Shown: piece by piece, positions 26,971 through 32,000 of the stretch
Layout of the letters: every line of letters starts with the position of its first letter
How positions within the stretch are numbered: position 1 is the first letter of the stretch
DNA from: Vibrio cholerae ATCC 14035
Lineage (GTDB): Bacteria; Pseudomonadota; Gammaproteobacteria; Enterobacterales; Vibrionaceae
Direction of reading: 5' to 3'
DNA length: 32,000 nt
Assembly (NCBI RefSeq): GCF_000621645.1
Contig: NZ_JHXR01000010.1
Span: forward strand, 116,483-148,482
Program-made: the position numbers and the translations under genes
Notes under the pieces: generated by a model
Databases searched by the model: none
Seen by the model: the letters and a program-made list of their open reading frames with translations, nothing else
What the model was told of the DNA's origin: nothing

Positions 26971-28967
26971 TACTGCCCCGCTTTTCTGGTTTTATCTAAG
27001 GTGAGAAAGAACGCATATTCACGCGCCTGCTTTTCAAGCGCTTGACGCCGATCACTGGCGTGACCCGCCTGAAAATCGGTTGATAAAAGGTAAGGACCAG
27101 CCCCTTGTGAGACATCACTCAAACGTGCCAAATAGCGAGCCCCTTCCCAATAGGGCACTCGATTGTCCCACCAACCGACATTAACCAACGTCGGAGGGTA
27201 AGGAGCAGCACGTAGATTGCTGAATGGATCATAAGCTTGCATCACTTGACGCTGCTCTGGCTGTTGAGGATTACCCCATTCTTGATACTGCTGCGCCGTC
27301 AAGGCTTGACTGGTATCACTCATACTGGCTAACACATCGACAAACGGCACTTGCAGCACAGCTCCCGCAAATAGGTTGGGCTGCTGATTGAGCGCCGCAG
27401 CAACCAAGGTGCCGCCGGCACTTCCGCCGATCGCATAAATGGCGCGCTCACCTTGCTGAAAATGGGTGAGATATCGAGCGGCCGCGAGGAAATCATCAAT
27501 GCCGTTTTGTTTATTGAGTCCAGCGCCAGCTTGATACCAAGCCTCGCCAAGGTATCCACCACCACGAACATGAGCGATCGCGTAAATCATGCCTCGATCA
27601 AGCAAACTGACCATTTGTGGCATGAAATAGGGCTTCATCGTCACGCCATAAGCGCCATAGCCATACAGCACCACACTGCTGTTGGGGGTCAGTTTGTCAG
27701 AGCGGTAGGCCAGTGTCACCGGAACTTGGATGGCACCTTGCGTCACCCATACCGTTTGGGTTTGATACTGTTTCGGGTCAAAGTCTGCGTAGTGATCTTG
27801 GCTTAACTGTTGCCACTGTAACTGTGCCACATCCAACTCATGCCAGCTAGCAGGCTCCGTCATTGACATTGCACGTACACGCAGCCGATTACTGGCAGCA
27901 TCACCATTGCGAGAGATCCACGCCACTTGACCTAAATCGCGCAGTTCAAAGTGAGTACGCACTTCGCCTTGGCTATCGAGAACCCAAACTTTCGGTGCAA
28001 GAGTTTGGTTCTCCACCAACACAATCCCAGCATCAAACAGATAAAAGTTGCTCAGTGAGCCGATTTCTTTATGTGTTGTGACGCTTTGCCATTCCTGTTT
28101 AGTGTGTAACGGCTGACGATAGAGACGAAATGCCCCCTCATGGTTGCTATTGATGTAAAGTGTCTCACCCAGCACATCGGCATAATATTCCAGCCCCAGC
28201 TCAGTGGTGCGTAGCCATGGCATCAGCTCACCGGTTTGGGTATCCAGCAGGCGCTGCTGAGTCGAGTTTTCATTATTTTGCTGTACCACGATATAGCGTG
28301 GATTGCTTGCAGAATAGAGCGAGAACAGCCACTCTGCCGAGCGCCACTCTGCAAGCCTCGTTGATTGACCCGTTTCTAGCTCAAAACGCTGCAGCTGGGT
28401 AGACCCATTGAGATCAGATAAGTAGTAGAGGCTTTTGCCATCGGCCGCCCAAGCAAAGTAAGTGCTCGCTGTTTCTGAAACGATCTGCTCGGTGCGATCG
28501 GCTAAACGCACGATCGTCAGCTTAAACTGCTCGTCACCCCGCGTATCTTCTGCCAACGCTACCGATTGGACTGAGCGATCAAGTGACCAAGAAGCCAATT
28601 GGTAATAATCAAACGGCTCTGCACGCGCGCTAAGATTCAGCAGAGGCTCAATTTGGCCTTGAGCACCTATCTTGACGATGTGCCGATGACCATTCCATTG
28701 AATATCGTTGTACTGCTGGTTTGCGTAGATAAGCGCAGGCGGAGGCGCTTTATGCTGTGAAGTTTGTTGCCATTCATTGACCAACTCTTGCACCAGTGGC
28801 TTGGCAGGTGCAAACCAATGATCGGTTTTTCGATTATGCTCAGCCAAAAACTGCTTCACCGCAGGTTCCGAACGCGAGTCATCGCGTAACCATTGATAAT
28901 CCGTCTCTGCATAAGTATAAAAAACCGACAGAGATGTCGTTAACAGCAATACATTGAGCAGTTTCAT
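26970..28967 (-). CDS. ptrB: Oligopeptidase B / protease II (S9A prolyl-oligopeptidase family) with an N-terminal signal peptide
   Basis: The N-terminal propeller region begins YQWLRDDSRSEPAVKQFLAEHN, as in PtrB. The catalytic serine motif GGSAGG and a C-terminal His region (FQAGHA) are present. The first 21 residues, MKLLNVLLLTTSLSVFYTYA-E, look like a Sec signal. Confidence 0.9.
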   Translation of the reverse strand: MKLLNVLLLTTSLSVFYTYAETDYQWLRDDSRSEPAVKQFLAEHNRKTDHWFAPAKPLVQELVNEWQQTSQHKAPPPALIYANQQYNDIQWNGHRHIVKIGAQGQIEPLLNLSARAEPFDYYQLASWSLDRSVQSVALAEDTRGDEQFKLTIVRLADRTEQIVSETASTYFAWAADGKSLYYLSDLNGSTQLQRFELETGQSTRLAEWRSAEWLFSLYSASNPRYIVVQQNNENSTQQRLLDTQTGELMPWLRTTELGLEYYADVLGETLYINSNHEGAFRLYRQPLHTKQEWQSVTTHKEIGSLSNFYLFDAGIVLVENQTLAPKVWVLDSQGEVRTHFELRDLGQVAWISRNGDAASNRLRVRAMSMTEPASWHELDVAQLQWQQLSQDHYADFDPKQYQTQTVWVTQGAIQVPVTLAYRSDKLTPNSSVVLYGYGAYGVTMKPYFMPQMVSLLDRGMIYAIAHVRGGGYLGEAWYQAGAGLNKQNGIDDFLAAARYLTHFQQGERAIYAIGGSAGGTLVAAALNQQPNLFAGAVLQVPFVDVLASMSDTSQALTAQQYQEWGNPQQPEQRQVMQAYDPFSNLRAAPYPPTLVNVGWWDNRVPYWEGARYLARLSDVSQGAGPYLLSTDFQAGHASDRRQALEKQAREYAFFLTLDKTRKAGQ

Positions 28968-29023
28968 CGAAAATGTGACAACTATAACAAATAAAAATCG
29001 GTCGCCACTCTAACATAAATCTA

Positions 29024-29042
29024 AATAAGATCAATTATCATT
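29024..29042. promoter_or_regulatory. Candidate Fur box upstream of ptrB
   Basis: aataagatcaattatcatt matches AATGATAATNATTATCATT at 14 of 18 specified positions, including a perfect ATTATCATT half. It overlaps a candidate minus-strand -35/-10 (TTGATC-16 nt-TAGAGT), about 60-75 nt upstream of the ATG at 28967. Confidence 0.55.
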
Positions 29043-29107
29043 TGTATTATTTTAGAGCAAAAATTCTATTCCTTGATATACACCACGAAACCCCATTTAT
29101 TGGGCAT

Positions 29108-29136
29108 AAAAAAACCGCCCTTCACAGACGGTTTCT
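29108..29136 (-). terminator. Rho-independent terminator of the DEAD-box helicase gene
   Basis: The minus strand reads aaaccgtc-(loop)-ggcggttt followed by additional T residues (a T7 run in total), about 45 nt after the stop codon. Confidence 0.6.
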
Positions 29137-29179
29137 TGATTGAAAATCAGCAGTTGCACACTAAGTTGTACAGCATGGC

Positions 29180-30538
29180 TTAGTCGATGTCGTCTTCCAG
29201 ATCCACTTCTGGCTTAGGCGCGACTTTCTTTTTCGGGATAAAGACCGAGTCACCCACTGCCACATTTTGGTAGAAGCTCTTGTCACGCGGCGCCGCTTTT
29301 TTCGATTTGCTTGGCGCTTTCGCTTTGTTGACCCGCTGAGTTGGCGCGGCTTTAGGCTTCGCTTGACGCGGTTTCAACCCTTTAAACTTACCTTCTAAAC
29401 CAGCTAAAACCTCAAATTGGATCTCTTGCTGTAAAAAAGCTTCCACTCGCTTAAAACTCTCCCAGTCCTTTGGCCCAACAAGAGACATGGCATCCCCTTT
29501 ATTTCCGGCACGACCAGTACGACCAACACGGTGAACATACTCTTCGGTATGCTTTGGCATATCAAAGTTGATCACGTGAGTCACCGCGGGAATATCAAGG
29601 CCACGTGAAGCGACATCCGTCGTCACGAGAATCTTAAATACCGCACGCTCAAATTGCCCCATGATGGTGTTACGCTGCGTTTGATTGAGGTTACCACTGA
29701 GCGCAACTGCTTTGAGGTTGTTTTTATTGAGCTTCTCAGTCAGGCGATCGGTATCGGCACGCGTTGCTGTAAAGATGATTACTTGACGGTACTCAGCATC
29801 GGCCAAGATACGATCGAGCAGCGCTTCCTTGTGATCTAGATGGTCACACAAGTAGAAATGCTGAGTAATGTCTTTGTGCTCTTCGCTACCCACCCCGATC
29901 GCGATACGTTTCGGTTCATTAAGTAGCTCCATAGCCATATCATTCACATCTGCATGATCTAATGTGGCAGAGAACATCAAGGTTTGGCGACGACGGTGCT
30001 TTGCCGCGTTATGGATACGGCGCAGCTCTTTGGCAAAGCCTAAATCCAACATACGATCCGCTTCATCCAGCACTAGCGTTTCTAGGCCTTCCAAAAAGAG
30101 TGAACGGTGGTCAAGATGATCGGCTAAACGTCCGGGTGTCGCGACAATAAAGCGAGGTCCACGCGCTAACGCTTTCACTTGGTCATTAAAGTTTTCACCA
30201 CCCGTGATCAAGGTTGCCGTATAACTTAAACCACCCAACATGGAGCGCAGCTCACCATACACCTGCTTTGCCAACTCACGGGTTGGAACCAAAATCAAGC
30301 CACGTGGATCTTTAGCTGAAAAGGCTTTGGTTTTTAAAGATTTATGCAGCATAGGCAGCACGAATGCCAACGTTTTGCCCGAACCTGTCTTAGATGAGGC
30401 CAACAAATCACGTCCCGCAATCGTGAGCGGTATCGCCTGTTGTTGGATCTCAGTCGCTTGTTTGAAATTGTAATGCGCTAGATTTTTCAATAAGCGATTA
30501 TCTAAGCCTAAATCTTTGAATTGCAAAGTACTCTCCAT
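29180..30538 (-). CDS. DEAD-box ATP-dependent RNA helicase with a lysine-rich C-terminal tail
   Basis: The Q motif is present (FKQATEIQQQAIP), as are motif I SKTGSGKT, PTRELA, motif II VLDEADRMLD, motif III SAT and motif VI HRVGRTGRAG. The basic tail reads KPRQAKPKAAPTQRVNKAKAPSKSKK. Confidence 0.9.
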   Translation of the reverse strand: MESTLQFKDLGLDNRLLKNLAHYNFKQATEIQQQAIPLTIAGRDLLASSKTGSGKTLAFVLPMLHKSLKTKAFSAKDPRGLILVPTRELAKQVYGELRSMLGGLSYTATLITGGENFNDQVKALARGPRFIVATPGRLADHLDHRSLFLEGLETLVLDEADRMLDLGFAKELRRIHNAAKHRRRQTLMFSATLDHADVNDMAMELLNEPKRIAIGVGSEEHKDITQHFYLCDHLDHKEALLDRILADAEYRQVIIFTATRADTDRLTEKLNKNNLKAVALSGNLNQTQRNTIMGQFERAVFKILVTTDVASRGLDIPAVTHVINFDMPKHTEEYVHRVGRTGRAGNKGDAMSLVGPKDWESFKRVEAFLQQEIQFEVLAGLEGKFKGLKPRQAKPKAAPTQRVNKAKAPSKSKKAAPRDKSFYQNVAVGDSVFIPKKKVAPKPEVDLEDDID

Positions 30539-31068
30539 CTTTGGTTGTGCTTAAAACTGTAAAGCAGATCACGAAAAAGGCCATTATAATAGCGCAAATC
30601 GACGCACCATAGATAGCTGACCGACAAAATAATCCCAAAATCTATAGGGTAAGTTTGGGTATACCCAAACTGCTTGGCGTTGCAAGTAGGCAGCAAGTTG
30701 AGTGACAAATTTGTCTGGAACAAACTTGCACATCCATCGACTGGCCTTTGCTGAGAGCCAAGGATGGCTCTCATCATCCCCCATGAGCATAGACAAACTC
30801 TGTGATTGGAGCGAACGAACGTAGCCAATATCGTTGCGACTTCAAGTAGAAAGGGCATATCGGTTTATCGAATAGAAAACGCATTATTCATAATCTAATA
30901 ATTAAGATGTCGGACAATTAATTGATTCGTTGTCAAAATCTTGGATTTTTTTAGCTTTTGAGGGCTAGTTTTGCGCGAAATTGCGACTACAATAATTCCG
31001 TCCATATTTTAATTTTCGATAAGTATAGGACGTCAATAACACCGACTTACCAAGTTAAGGAGTTCTCT

Positions 31069-31317
31069 ATGAACAAGATGTTAATCGCAGCAGCAGCGTC
31101 TTCCGTACTTCTACTAGCGGGTTGCGCCTCTGGTCCTGATGAAGCTACCACTGCAAAAATGAACGAAATCAGCACTCAGGTCAGCGAACTGAATTCGCAA
31201 GTTGCTGCACTGGCATCAAAAGTGGATCAAGCTGCTGAAGCAGCGAAAGCCGCTCAAGAAGAAGCTGCACGCGCTAACGAACGTATCGACAATATTGCTC
31301 AGTCTTACACTAAGTAA
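31069..31317 (+). CDS. lpp: Braun-type major outer-membrane lipoprotein Lpp (82 aa)
   Basis: AAGGAG lies 6 nt upstream of ATG 31069. The protein has the lipobox LLAGC, a heptad-rich alanine/glutamine coiled coil, ARANERIDN as in E. coli (ARANQRLDN), and a C-terminal ...YTK lysine. The ORF-track start at 30958 is a spurious extension. Confidence 0.9.
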   Translation: MNKMLIAAAASSVLLLAGCASGPDEATTAKMNEISTQVSELNSQVAALASKVDQAAEAAKAAQEEAARANERIDNIAQSYTK

Positions 31318-31337
31318 TCTTTGAGTGATATAAATTG

Positions 31338-31368
31338 AAAGAGCCAGCATTTGCTGGCTCTTTTTTTC
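31338..31368. terminator. Terminator between convergent lpp and the L,D-transpeptidase gene
   Basis: A stem gagccagc/gctggctc (31341-31360) flanked by AAA and T7. Confidence 0.8.
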
Positions 31369-31402
31369 TCTCATACCACGAACGGTAACCAAAATAACGA
31401 AG

Positions 31403-32000
31403 TTACTGGGCGATAGTTTCCCACTGTGGTGGAGCAATTTCGACCGGAACCCCATTTTGTGCTAAAACTGCGGCGCGCGCTTTTGCATCAGAGATTTTAT
31501 GCTCTTGCAGCCACCAACTCAGCTCTTCTGGTACCACCAAGTTTTTCTTCACGCCATTGCTGCGGGTAAGCGGCTCATGCACTTCAATAAACACACTACG
31601 ATCAGGTTCAAGCGCAACTTTGATCGGTTCGTTGATAATCCGAACTTTTTCTCCACGCTCAACTTGTTGGTAAAGCCACTCAATGTCTTTCGGATCCATA
31701 CGAATGCAACCAGCACTCACCCTCATGCCTACGCCAAAATCTTTGTTGGTTCCATGAATCAGATATTCTCCAGAACCATAAGCTAAACGCATCGCGTAAT
31801 CACCGAGCGGGTTTTCTGGGCCTGCGGGTACGACTGGCGGCAAATCAATCCCTTTGGCTTTGTATTCTTTGCGAATCGATGCTGGCGGCGTCCAAGTTGG
31901 GTACTTGCGCTTGCTGCTGATTGACGTTTGCATCACAGGTGTATCGCGGCCGATACGCCCAATGCCGACGGGGAAGATATGCACTTTACCTTCATTAGGA
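31403..32000 (-). CDS. L,D-transpeptidase (YkuD domain, ErfK/YbiS/YcfS family), 5' end outside the window
   Basis: The catalytic motif is present (YLIHGTNKDFGVGMRVSAGCIRM), and upstream VPAGPENPLGDYAM matches the ErfK family. The frame stays open to the window edge, so the GTG at 31984 is not the true start. Confidence 0.85.
   Translation of the reverse strand, partial: PNEGKVHIFPVGIGRIGRDTPVMQTSISSKRKYPTWTPPASIRKEYKAKGIDLPPVVPAGPENPLGDYAMRLAYGSGEYLIHGTNKDFGVGMRVSAGCIRMDPKDIEWLYQQVERGEKVRIINEPIKVALEPDRSVFIEVHEPLTRSNGVKKNLVVPEELSWWLQEHKISDAKARAAVLAQNGVPVEIAPPQWETIAQ

Noticed and set aside
30508-30858. A 116-aa minus-strand ORF, and a nested 70-aa ORF, upstream of and overlapping the helicase start.
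   Set aside because: The ORF overlaps the helicase start codon region. It has a non-protein-like composition (many Cys/Trp/Arg, no motifs), no RBS, and runs through hairpin repeats. I treat it as a non-coding leader.
1-32000. A search for CRISPR repeats, IS or transposase genes, integrase, VCR-type integron repeats, phage genes, toxin-antitoxin pairs and known defence-system genes.
   Set aside because: I saw no direct-repeat arrays, no recombinase or transposase-like ORFs, and no obvious compositional break. The window looks like conserved chromosomal backbone, not an island.

Overview
This window looks like a core, non-mobile segment of a Vibrio genome. Gene content and order match my recollection of Vibrio cholerae chromosome II, roughly VCA0088 down to VCA0058; that assignment is from memory and unverified. 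I support 26 protein-coding genes plus one candidate 44-codon ORF below the ORF-track cutoff. I found no rRNA, tRNA, CRISPR array, transposase or integrase.

Genes left to right:
- DAACS symporter 3' end
- a small basic ORF and an acidic hypothetical
- a SoxR-controlled MFS pump with soxR
- a second MFS pump with a divergent LysR regulator
- a degenerate-GGDEF/EAL protein
- a LysM-M23 endopeptidase (ShyA-like)
- a standalone CBM48-like protein
- a SulP-STAS anion transporter
- a YjiH-like membrane protein
- a periplasmic molybdopterin-oxidoreductase-fold protein coupled to a GGDEF cyclase (CdgA-like)
- pstSCAB without phoU, with clear Pho boxes
- an MCP
- a five-gene minus-strand operon
- a DEAD-box helicase
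- lpp and a partial L,D-transpeptidase

The most interesting candidate system is the tightly coupled operon at 20517-28967. It has a Fur-box match in front and encodes a signal-peptide-bearing oligopeptidase B, a heme-type TonB receptor, a GlyGly-CTERM secreted metalloprotease, a DUF1566 lipoprotein and a small DUF1566 protein. Its last three genes and the ensemble are, to my knowledge, functionally undescribed. I infer a surface proteolytic heme or peptide harvesting module.

Several ORF-track entries are antisense artefacts or carry spurious 5' extensions, which I corrected from RBS, signal-peptide and hairpin evidence.
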